DNA of 54,475 nucleotides from Candidatus Magasanikiibacteriota bacterium (GTDB lineage: Bacteria > Patescibacteriota > Patescibacteriia > Magasanikbacterales > UBA922), in the NCBI GenBank assembly GCA_018650645.1, contig JABIFP010000023.1, positions 1-54,475 of the forward strand. Direction: 5' to 3'. Below, in pieces: positions 47,101 through 54,475 of the stretch (its first letter is position 1; each line of letters begins with the position of its first letter). The notes below the pieces were generated by a model. The model saw nothing but the letters and a program-made list of their open reading frames with translations, did not search any database and had not been told where the DNA came from. The translations under genes were made by a program, and so were the position numbers.

Positions 47101-50100
47101 CAGAAAAACAGAAGCGAATCTCATTGCAGATAATGATTTACAAGCGGGTGTATGTGCAAATAAAGGCGGGCTTTGGGACCAAGGAGCAGCAAGGTGTATG
47201 CGATGTAGTAATGGTGGGGCATTTGATGAAGACAGTGCATCATGTATCTATCAAACAATTTCTTCAGCTGACGGAACACAGTCATGTACAGGGCCAGCGA
47301 ATAATGTAAGTATTTACGAAGGGTGCCGAGCATATGTAGGAAATAACGGAAGAAATATTGAACGCGTATTTATTGATGATTTTGAATCTCAAGGAGAAGA
47401 ACCAGCAGCGCTTGCAGCGGCAAGAGGAGCGTGGGGGCCAGAAGAACAAGTTCGTGTTCTTGCAGAAGCGGTAGACGTTGGGCAGCACTCGTTACTTGTA
47501 GAACACGCAGGTCAGCAGATTGTGACTCGTGCACTTGGTCAAAACAATATGGTACCGGGTGCATCGTATGAAATTTCATTCTGGGCACAAGGAAATGGTA
47601 CGCAGCTTTCGGTGTTCCTTGGAAATGAAGACATCTCGTTTGGCTCATTTACCTTTGACAGAGTCTTAAACAGAGAACGTCCGCTTACTATTGGTGGTGG
47701 ATGGCAAGAATACCGATTAGGACCAGTAGAATTTAATGGAGCAGAAGAGGATTTAGAAAATCTTGCTCTTTGGCTACAGGGAACACCGGTAGAAGGAGAA
47801 CAAGTACGGTACTTTATTGATAAAGTAGTATTAAAACGTCTTCCAGAAAATCTGTACTTGATTAAAGATTCATGGAAAGCGGCAAATGGTGGCGCAGATG
47901 TACCAGCTCTTTGTGATGCTGAACCAAATAACGGATTACCAGGGGCAGCACTTGGCTGTAGAGAATATATCGTAGAAACAACGAGTGCTGTGCATTATGC
48001 AACAGGATTTGAACAGCTCTGTAGAGAAGAAGCGATTGGTTGTCAGCCACTATGGAACACACAAAACACCATTAACGGAGAACAGCCAACAAAAGCGCGC
48101 GCATACCAAGCGTACTGTGCTGGTCCAGATCTGCAGGTGTGTGAAGTTGTTATTGGAGAGCGAGTTGCAGGAAGTTGCCAAATTAAACAAAACGAGCCAG
48201 GATGTTATGTAGAAGAACCAATCGTCATAAATGCTGGAGAAGTATTAGATGCGGCATACATTTCAGATTCAACCGTTATTGTGCCAGCAGATACGCCAAT
48301 TGATGCACCAATTTTCTTAGCAAACAGAGAAGAATTCCAATGTCAGGATGATGCGCTGCTTGGGTGTATGCTTGTTGGAAAAGAAAAACAGTATATTCCA
48401 GATGCGCTCAGTTCAGCGTCATATACGCATGAAGAAGTGTTTGTAAAAAATGATCCATCATTATACAGCACTATTTTGTGTAGAGATGATCAAGTCGGAT
48501 GTGGGCAGTTTAGTGATGATAGTGGTGACTTTTACTTCAAAGATCCGGTAAAAACAGGGCAATCACTGTGTTACTACAATGATCAAGGTGCGCCATATGG
48601 ATGGTTCAAAAAAGATGTAGGGCAGTGTAGTCAAAACAATGATATTGAATGTATTGCGGATGCTGATTGTGGTGAAACACATTTCTGTCAAAATAAAGGA
48701 AAAGTACAGTGTTATGACGGGGGCTTCTTACGAGCTGGTGGTTTTTCTGACATCAGAGCAGCGGGGGATCCGGCTTATGCAAACATGGTTGGGCTCTGTT
48801 CTCCTGAAAATAATAAATGTACAGAATTATTAGACCGAGCAGATACAGATAATGGAACACATCCAGATGGAACACCGTATTATGTGATTTTTGACAGAGA
48901 TATTACTGAGCGCATTAGTAAGTGTGAAGGAAACGTCAGCTTAAATGATGGATGTGTCCTCTTTGATAAAACAGATAATCCAAACAAGATTTTTGACACA
49001 GATTTAACCTATGCCGCAAGTGAAGGCGCGACGCCTCCATTCTCTTCTGTTCCTGCTGTTTCAAATAATAATAATGCAGCACTGAACGATGCAAACATTG
49101 TATTAAAAGTGCAGCGTGACAGAGAATGTAGTGAGTGGTTATCTTGTAAGACGTCTGTGCCTAGAAGGCAAGATGATGGAACAGTAACAGATCTTTGCTA
49201 TGAATATGCAGCATGCAGTGAATTTGGAGAAGATGGCAATTGTATCAACTGGGTAGAAGATGTTCAAGGACCAAATGGTATTCCAGAATCAACAAGCCGG
49301 CTTACCTATAAAAATTATATTCAGCGCGACCAAAGTTGGTACGGGTTTGATTATGTGGGGTATTCGCTCTTTGATAAATATCAAATTAATTACTTAAAGT
49401 ACTTGTTTTTGAATCCAAGTGAATATGCAGGATTGACAGAGGGTAATGTGGTGAAGCCAGAATTTAAGGATTTACGTTCAGTTGTGGTGTATGAACAACC
49501 TTCATACACCCTAGATCAAAATCGGCCAGATGGTCAAGATAATAACCCACTTTCATGTTTAGACAAATCTGATTTTGAATCATGTGGGTTTGTTCAGGAT
49601 GGAGTAAATAAAGGGAGATGTTTACGCGGAAGATGTATTTATCCTGTTGAGGGTGTATTCGAGGGAGATATCTCTGATGAAGATGATGCTGATGTTGCAT
49701 TTGCACAGTTGGAACGTAATAGTTGCAAAAATTTTCCAGAAGAAGATTCGCCGTTTTCAACATTTATTGGTGGAAATGATGCAAAGCAATCAGCAGGTAA
49801 TAGATATACATTTATTACAAAAAAAGAGGGATTTGCAAATGCAAACATTTGTCAGGATGGAAATTGTTCCTGTGGATATACAAAATATACGTATGCAAAT
49901 GGAGAAATGGATTATTGGCAAAATGCAAATATTAAGGGTATTTGTATCAATGGTGATACAGGAAAGATTGGTGGAACCTGTACCGCAGATAGATTTTGTT
50001 TTGATGCTCAAAATAGATTTATTGAAGAAAATGGTGAGCGTGTTGCAAATCCAGAGGTGGAAGGGGCTTGTAGTCTTGTTGAAGAAAAATTGATTACGAG

Positions 50101-53100
50101 CGGTTTCCAAGGGTATTGTCTGGAATATGATTATTCGCGGCCAATTAATGGAAATAGCGGAGACTTTGCATGTTTAACGTGGTTGCCTGCGGATGTTTCT
50201 GCTTCAGGTGCAAATGTGTTCAATGCAAATTTTGAAGCTGGATTTAATTTAGAGCAAGATGCAGAAAATTTTCGAGGGGCGTATTGCGTTGAATCAACAC
50301 AAGTGGCGGCAAGACCACATGCTTTTGCGTATGAACAAGATATCTTGGATACATTCCTCGGAAATGGTGAAGGATCACAGTGGGACAGATTCTTACAAGA
50401 AGGTGTTGATGTCGCGCAGTATGAAGATTTTATTGATGCCGGATTACTTACTCGAGTATATGGACGGTATCAGGAATGGCTTAAAGATGGACAAGCCTGG
50501 CCACCTCGGCAAGCAGAAATAAATGAACTGGGTGAGAATTTTCCTTTTTATGTCAATCCACCGGTAGAGGATCCAGAAACAGGAGGTGTGTTGTATCCGC
50601 TTCCATTATTGAAAGAAAATGCACGGTATCCTGCTGGTATTACCGCAGAGTATTGGGGCGGCGATGCACAAGAAAGTGATGATGAATATGCAGAAAATGT
50701 TGCAGGAGAGGGTGAGCGTGGTCCAGGTCCGGCCTCTTGGTGGTGGTTCTTAGATGTCCAAAGAAGAGGGGAGGTTGCAGGTAGAGATGACTGGCATCTT
50801 CTTGATCAGTTGCATAGAGAGTATCTAGCATTTTTGAACGCAAATGAAATTCCTGAAGGCGATAAGACATATTTTGTAGAAAATCTTCAAGCAGCGCAGG
50901 GTGATCAAATATACCATCCAGGGTTTATTAATATTGGTGCACGTCGATGTGAAAAGGGACTCTATAGCTATACAGCTGGTGATTACGCAAATCTTGTGTG
51001 TAATCAGCCAAATCCCAAAACAATGGCCACAATAGCACAAGAATGGGCATGGCGTGTTCTTGGTGACTCAACATTAGTGCTCCGCGCAGAGCAGGCAGTA
51101 TATAAGGAAAAAAACAATCAGACGCGGGGTGGTCAAGTACATGATGTTGACGCTCCAAATGTTCGAGTAAGAGAAAAAACTATTGATGATGAGCGGTTAA
51201 GTCAGCTTGGCCCACAAAATCCAAGACGGTTAATGCCATCATTTTTAGCTGCCGCGCCAGATGAAGGAGCAGGTAAAACCTATGGGGTAATTATGCACCC
51301 GCCAAGAGATTTTTCTGGAGAAATTTACAAAAGAGCGATGAAGCAGATTTCATATGAGTCTACGGTTCGTGAGTATGATTTCATTTACCCAATAATGTAT
51401 TCACCGGGTAATGTGTACCAGCCAAGAACAGTAGCGCAGGCTCCAAATGATGCCATTTATAATCCTATTTCAGAATCACTCTTTCGTTTAGATCAGGAGG
51501 CTTTTATTAAGGAATCTGATTTACGACGGGTATACTTTACGCCAAGTGCAATTGCGGGTGGATTTGATTATCAGATGTTCCCTCCAATGTGGTCAAATGA
51601 GTTTTATATTGACTTCACAAAGCTGCGTAATCTTCCGGTAAAAAGAGAGATTCGTGCAGTACACATGGCGCGTCCGTGTAATCCGTATGGTAAATGGTGG
51701 AAGACGAATGAAGTATTTCCATCAATGATTCCAGATAGTGGATGTAGGGAAACACCTAAATTGGGTGCTGCTGCCTTAACCTACATGTTAGAAGGTAGGC
51801 AAATTAGACAACCAGAGACAGTGACTTTTGAAATGGATGAAGCTATTGATTATAACGAGGAGATGCGTGAAAGAAATCACGTTGCGCGCAGATATATAGC
51901 AATATTTACCAATGTAGAAAGCGACAAGTCTCCATTTTTGCAGGGAACAGGGTGTGGATTTACAGGAACTGGTGCAAATTGTGAAATAAGTGATAGTAAA
52001 ATTTCGGCTACTCCAGACTTTTTTGACAGGGAAATGGAATGTATTCGCGATGAACGAGACGCAACGGAATCATGGTTTGCGATTGGCATGGACTTTAATA
52101 GTAATGGTGAATTTTTAGGATATGTGTCTAAAGCGTGTAGTTATGGAGACAGAACAGGTGTGCCACAAATGGTAGTTGTTGCAGATTTGTTGGATCAGTG
52201 TACAGCCCTTGCACAAGTGTATAAAGAGTTTGGTCAGGGGGATGATATGATTTTACAAAACACAAATAAAGCATGGACAAATAGAACATGGGGGAATGCC
52301 TTAGATATTGCGCGTTTGCCAGAGCCAGCACTGCATCCATCAAATGCATATCGTCTTGTAAATGATCGAAACGAACCAGTAAAAAGAGAGTCAAGAGACA
52401 TGGTATTGTATGGTGCCATTACCATTGAAGCGCGAAATTTACAAGAAAATGCAACACCAGCTGAGGTAGATGAACTATTTAACAAACTGAGAGATTATAG
52501 TTTTGAGGCAGAAGTGGATGGTGTGTCCTATTCTTGTTATGCGCGCTATGCGGGATTGCCATATAATAGAGGAAGAGAACAGATGAAAACGTGTGAAGCG
52601 CAAGATGCAAGTCGTATTCATGATAATGAAAGCCTTGGCAACCTGCATAGTCAAGAATTGATTAATACGTTGTCAGGAAATGATTGGTCTACCGCAAAGC
52701 GAGGGGTCTTGCAATTATTTGCACAGATTCATCGATTGGTATCGATTGATACATATACAGGGTTGCAGTCAAATGATAATAGAATGCCAGGATTATTGGC
52801 GCAAGGGGCATACTCAGGACAAAAAGTATCTCCGCAAGATGACCGAACAAAATATGGAGCAGTAGATACTTCTTATAATGGCACAAGTGCACGTCCAGGA
52901 GAAATACTCTTACCGCCGCAAATCTATTCTTTGAATCCATTTACCTGTATTGAAAATTCCCCTACAGAAAGTAATCCATGTACCATTGGTGAATATAACA
53001 ATATAACAATCAATGGGAAGAATGGAACCGATACAGATTATGATGGCGATGGAATTGCTGAAGAGGTGGGAAGAACAGGAGAAGCGCGGGCTATTGCGAG

Positions 53101-53854
53101 TGTTGGGTCAGAGCTTGCCATTGTAAACTTCTTTGTTGCTGCAGACGATAACCGCATGCCAATTAGACGGATTAAAATGGATTGGGGTGATGAAAATATA
53201 GGGGGAATTTTGCGGAATGAAGGACTTTATAAAAATGCAAAACCATTTTGTGAGTCATCCGATAGTGGGGGGCGGCCAAATATGGGGCTCTGTGTCTTTG
53301 AAGACAATCCAAATATTCCAACAAATTTGACATGTAAAACTGCAGGAGAAAATCAGTGCGGTACCGGAATGGTGTGTAAAACAAAAGATGATTTACGACA
53401 AGAGAATAATGGATTTGCTGAGTCATATCAGCATAAACGCTTTGGAAACACACCACGTGCATGTGATGATCAATATGTTGAAATGACACATAGCTATACC
53501 TGTGGTTTGCGTGAGAGAGATATTCCAGGAGTGTTTGTACCAGTAACAAATCTGTTAGAAGAGTATCAACAGCAATTAGAAGAAATGGGTGTTGGGCGTG
53601 ATGAAGAGGTGTGTTATTACAAGCCACGAGTGCAGGTGCTTGATAATTGGGGTTGGTGTAATGGTAGTTGTGATATTTCTATTGATATTGATGGTGATGG
53701 TGTTGGGGATGGATGTAGTGATGTGACACCAGGGCCTTTAAATACAATTGAAGAGCAATGCTCTGATACTGCAGTAGCTGAATTTGAAAATGCGTGGACA
53801 GAGTATCAAGGAGCCATCATTGTTGTACCAAAGCCAGAGGTTGCCGGGCAATAA
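44159..53854 (+). CDS. giant Cys-rich secreted/surface protein (3231 aa)
   Basis: Single uninterrupted ORF. Signal/TM N-terminus. Many Cys pairs. Jelly-roll CBM-like segment at ~47369-47840. D-x-D-G-D Ca-binding-like motifs near the C-terminus. Confidence 0.9.
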   Translation: MRTAKHIGVIVSLVLFFVVSIGGIFAFAPAQAAPVEDLPQTTQRLAIFKAEQTNLLRKEAKKETDNSITAAILGGVLEMFSNFTRQMAYDTAIWVANGGKGKGALIFQGGFNEYMSKTIGDSVASGIGEIGKPFGLNLCQVPDARLSIFLKVNLFRLYSDAPTANCSWQQLTHGGLFDRDAWDQKYGDSNLLADTFSTSLNTNSTDLGIAMGAIYQIDRLKGQKKEAAKLDRQEGSGFKPVTSLISGKVLTPGQLVKKETEKLTRTEDNKLSSQQLAGVYSAGFAQVLPSAASLFLNTVASEMLNNVFEGLFPDPGVGSKGTGLGGLYASEISANKQAVDAIFGKLLTGVPVKQQTDFDLSQFAACPANPGLNNCVFDAHMQRILAQANNGNAVTIGEALEDGLLPDWPLISPRREADHTNITGCQTGKFCYSNIQKMRKVRILPLGFEIAAFMSDPENPWRLKQVVDNYDTCRRDINGTIIPDAQFPFCGLINPNWVLRAPVARCETTIIGPELISPKGAARRSECADITTCITEGPNGTCVGDQKFAYCTKESNTWQIGDQCPKEYNTCRTLSNRDSGEVVSYLLNTVDYGQCSAENKGCQAYSLEKNGDAYVASVSLQDAAAVAASRKAAGRNQVLYFNEKAAEASATCSSGSDGCTQFLTAEIDNNTRQIAQRAADDEAVAELGVYFQSQVPVNLRYAPDYLGCYDTNPETDEIEWPQTAVQARLSVSQDERCNDYAPVCAPEEIGCQAYLPSYQGVAIGGEPMVPGKIGSSFVCDASCEGYDTFKQIGFEEYGAGFEQQQFPLHFIPNQAQSCNAQVVGCDEFTNIDAGAAGETREYYTSLRYCQKPAEDGSNQKTFYTWEGSIEDGFSLKTFRILPVDQAELAYIQNLNLAGDLDDNYQDSFFGAGSPAYVDDMKATLINNYEVCNEENYQIRVDNPLADGAADDECRAIFDDDGNTYYRLVDQLVTISDACHPLRKTEANLIADNDLQAGVCANKGGLWDQGAARCMRCSNGGAFDEDSASCIYQTISSADGTQSCTGPANNVSIYEGCRAYVGNNGRNIERVFIDDFESQGEEPAALAAARGAWGPEEQVRVLAEAVDVGQHSLLVEHAGQQIVTRALGQNNMVPGASYEISFWAQGNGTQLSVFLGNEDISFGSFTFDRVLNRERPLTIGGGWQEYRLGPVEFNGAEEDLENLALWLQGTPVEGEQVRYFIDKVVLKRLPENLYLIKDSWKAANGGADVPALCDAEPNNGLPGAALGCREYIVETTSAVHYATGFEQLCREEAIGCQPLWNTQNTINGEQPTKARAYQAYCAGPDLQVCEVVIGERVAGSCQIKQNEPGCYVEEPIVINAGEVLDAAYISDSTVIVPADTPIDAPIFLANREEFQCQDDALLGCMLVGKEKQYIPDALSSASYTHEEVFVKNDPSLYSTILCRDDQVGCGQFSDDSGDFYFKDPVKTGQSLCYYNDQGAPYGWFKKDVGQCSQNNDIECIADADCGETHFCQNKGKVQCYDGGFLRAGGFSDIRAAGDPAYANMVGLCSPENNKCTELLDRADTDNGTHPDGTPYYVIFDRDITERISKCEGNVSLNDGCVLFDKTDNPNKIFDTDLTYAASEGATPPFSSVPAVSNNNNAALNDANIVLKVQRDRECSEWLSCKTSVPRRQDDGTVTDLCYEYAACSEFGEDGNCINWVEDVQGPNGIPESTSRLTYKNYIQRDQSWYGFDYVGYSLFDKYQINYLKYLFLNPSEYAGLTEGNVVKPEFKDLRSVVVYEQPSYTLDQNRPDGQDNNPLSCLDKSDFESCGFVQDGVNKGRCLRGRCIYPVEGVFEGDISDEDDADVAFAQLERNSCKNFPEEDSPFSTFIGGNDAKQSAGNRYTFITKKEGFANANICQDGNCSCGYTKYTYANGEMDYWQNANIKGICINGDTGKIGGTCTADRFCFDAQNRFIEENGERVANPEVEGACSLVEEKLITSGFQGYCLEYDYSRPINGNSGDFACLTWLPADVSASGANVFNANFEAGFNLEQDAENFRGAYCVESTQVAARPHAFAYEQDILDTFLGNGEGSQWDRFLQEGVDVAQYEDFIDAGLLTRVYGRYQEWLKDGQAWPPRQAEINELGENFPFYVNPPVEDPETGGVLYPLPLLKENARYPAGITAEYWGGDAQESDDEYAENVAGEGERGPGPASWWWFLDVQRRGEVAGRDDWHLLDQLHREYLAFLNANEIPEGDKTYFVENLQAAQGDQIYHPGFINIGARRCEKGLYSYTAGDYANLVCNQPNPKTMATIAQEWAWRVLGDSTLVLRAEQAVYKEKNNQTRGGQVHDVDAPNVRVREKTIDDERLSQLGPQNPRRLMPSFLAAAPDEGAGKTYGVIMHPPRDFSGEIYKRAMKQISYESTVREYDFIYPIMYSPGNVYQPRTVAQAPNDAIYNPISESLFRLDQEAFIKESDLRRVYFTPSAIAGGFDYQMFPPMWSNEFYIDFTKLRNLPVKREIRAVHMARPCNPYGKWWKTNEVFPSMIPDSGCRETPKLGAAALTYMLEGRQIRQPETVTFEMDEAIDYNEEMRERNHVARRYIAIFTNVESDKSPFLQGTGCGFTGTGANCEISDSKISATPDFFDREMECIRDERDATESWFAIGMDFNSNGEFLGYVSKACSYGDRTGVPQMVVVADLLDQCTALAQVYKEFGQGDDMILQNTNKAWTNRTWGNALDIARLPEPALHPSNAYRLVNDRNEPVKRESRDMVLYGAITIEARNLQENATPAEVDELFNKLRDYSFEAEVDGVSYSCYARYAGLPYNRGREQMKTCEAQDASRIHDNESLGNLHSQELINTLSGNDWSTAKRGVLQLFAQIHRLVSIDTYTGLQSNDNRMPGLLAQGAYSGQKVSPQDDRTKYGAVDTSYNGTSARPGEILLPPQIYSLNPFTCIENSPTESNPCTIGEYNNITINGKNGTDTDYDGDGIAEEVGRTGEARAIASVGSELAIVNFFVAADDNRMPIRRIKMDWGDENIGGILRNEGLYKNAKPFCESSDSGGRPNMGLCVFEDNPNIPTNLTCKTAGENQCGTGMVCKTKDDLRQENNGFAESYQHKRFGNTPRACDDQYVEMTHSYTCGLRERDIPGVFVPVTNLLEEYQQQLEEMGVGRDEEVCYYKPRVQVLDNWGWCNGSCDISIDIDGDGVGDGCSDVTPGPLNTIEEQCSDTAVAEFENAWTEYQGAIIVVPKPEVAGQ

Positions 53855-53872
53855 TGCCTAAGGGAACAAATA

Positions 53873-53905
53873 AAAGAACCAGTGATGACACTGGTTCTTT
53901 TATTG
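53873..53905 (+). terminator. intrinsic terminator of the giant gene
   Basis: 13-bp stem AAAAGAACCAGTG/CACTGGTTCTTTT followed by T-rich sequence. Confidence 0.8.
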
Positions 53906-53943
53906 TCTGCTTCCTTCAAAATAAGTAAAGGAAATAGGCAGTG

Positions 53944-53971
53944 CCCAGGTCAGCGAAAGTGCTGACCTGGG
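53944..53971 (-). terminator. GC-rich stem-loop downstream of the minus-strand high-GC ORF
   Basis: 11-bp perfect stem CCCAGGTCAGC/GCTGACCTGGG, 24 nt after the stop codon. Confidence 0.6.
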
Positions 53972-53994
53972 GTGCATGCAAGAGCGAGGCGTGC

Positions 53995-54475
53995 TCAGTT
54001 GCCACGGGCGTAGAAAACTTCAGTGATGTCCCCTTCGGGTGTGGCGCTGATTCGCTCCGTGAGCACACCATCTCCGTCCAGCTCAACCTCGATCCAGGCA
54101 CCATCCTCCTCGTAGTGGAGGGGAAGCTCCGTGCCGAAGTAGATCGCGCCTTCGAGGAGTGCGCCGCGACCATCGGAGGTGAGCTGGCAGTCGTTCGACA
54201 GGGGATTCAGGTGCAGGTACATCGGGTTGTCCAGCATCGGACGATCGACGTGTTCACCCAAGTTGCTGTCCCAAAATGATCCCAGACGGAACCACTCTCC
54301 CTCGATCACCCGGAGGTTCTCGCAGGTGTCGGTGGCCGGCGGGGGCACGTTGGCCTCTTCCCGCTGGCAGATGACCGGCGGGCTCGGGGTGAGGGACTTC
54401 TGAGCGAACCCATCAGGGCACGGCTCGTCGTCCTCCACGACCTCGCAGTCAACGTCCTCGATGCAGTCACGCACC
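53995..54475 (-). CDS. C-terminal part of a hypothetical Cys/Asp-rich protein in high-GC cassette 4 (5' end beyond the window)
   Basis: Strong G/C third-position bias in this frame. TGA stop at 53995-53997. No family recognised. Confidence 0.65.
   Translation of the reverse strand, partial: VRDCIEDVDCEVVEDDEPCPDGFAQKSLTPSPPVICQREEANVPPPATDTCENLRVIEGEWFRLGSFWDSNLGEHVDRPMLDNPMYLHLNPLSNDCQLTSDGRGALLEGAIYFGTELPLHYEEDGAWIEVELDGDGVLTERISATPEGDITEVFYARGN

Noticed and set aside
53916-54403. ORFs 53916..54173 -, 53941..54279 + and 54179..54403 + in cassette 4
   Set aside because: These are alternative frames of a high-GC region. The 53995..54474 minus frame has the coherent codon bias and is followed by a stem-loop.

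Overview
This is a 54.5-kb stretch of a low-GC bacterial chromosome (hand counts on sample lines give about 35-40% GC). Most genes are housekeeping genes on the + strand: trpS, nusA, valS, tyrS, argS, tRNA-Leu(GAG), RNase P RNA (rnpB, minus strand, invisible to the ORF track), yidC, groES-groEL with a CIRCE-like operator, prfB, tsaC/yrdC and rsmA. There is also a cell-envelope glycan cluster at ~24.3-33.3 kb (priming sugar transferase, three GT4 glycosyltransferases, GNAT, O-antigen-ligase-like protein), an orphan histidine kinase next to a bactofilin, and large secreted proteins (946 aa, and a Cys-rich 3231 aa protein). The SD-poor AT-rich start contexts, leaderless-looking promoters and giant surface proteins are reminiscent of Patescibacteria/CPR, but that is inference only. 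I recognised no CRISPR array, Cas, transposase, integrase, reverse transcriptase or phage genes. The most unusual signal is compositional. Five short high-GC blocks (~60% or more) sit in intergenic gaps between intact low-GC housekeeping genes. Each carries one ORF with strong G/C third-position bias and unknown function (one is methyltransferase-like) plus its own GC-rich terminator. One block lies beside a tRNA-Leu locus that carries duplicated tRNA 5' and 3' fragments. Sequence alone cannot decide whether this reflects repeated recent HGT, an undescribed cassette-insertion process or an assembly chimera.
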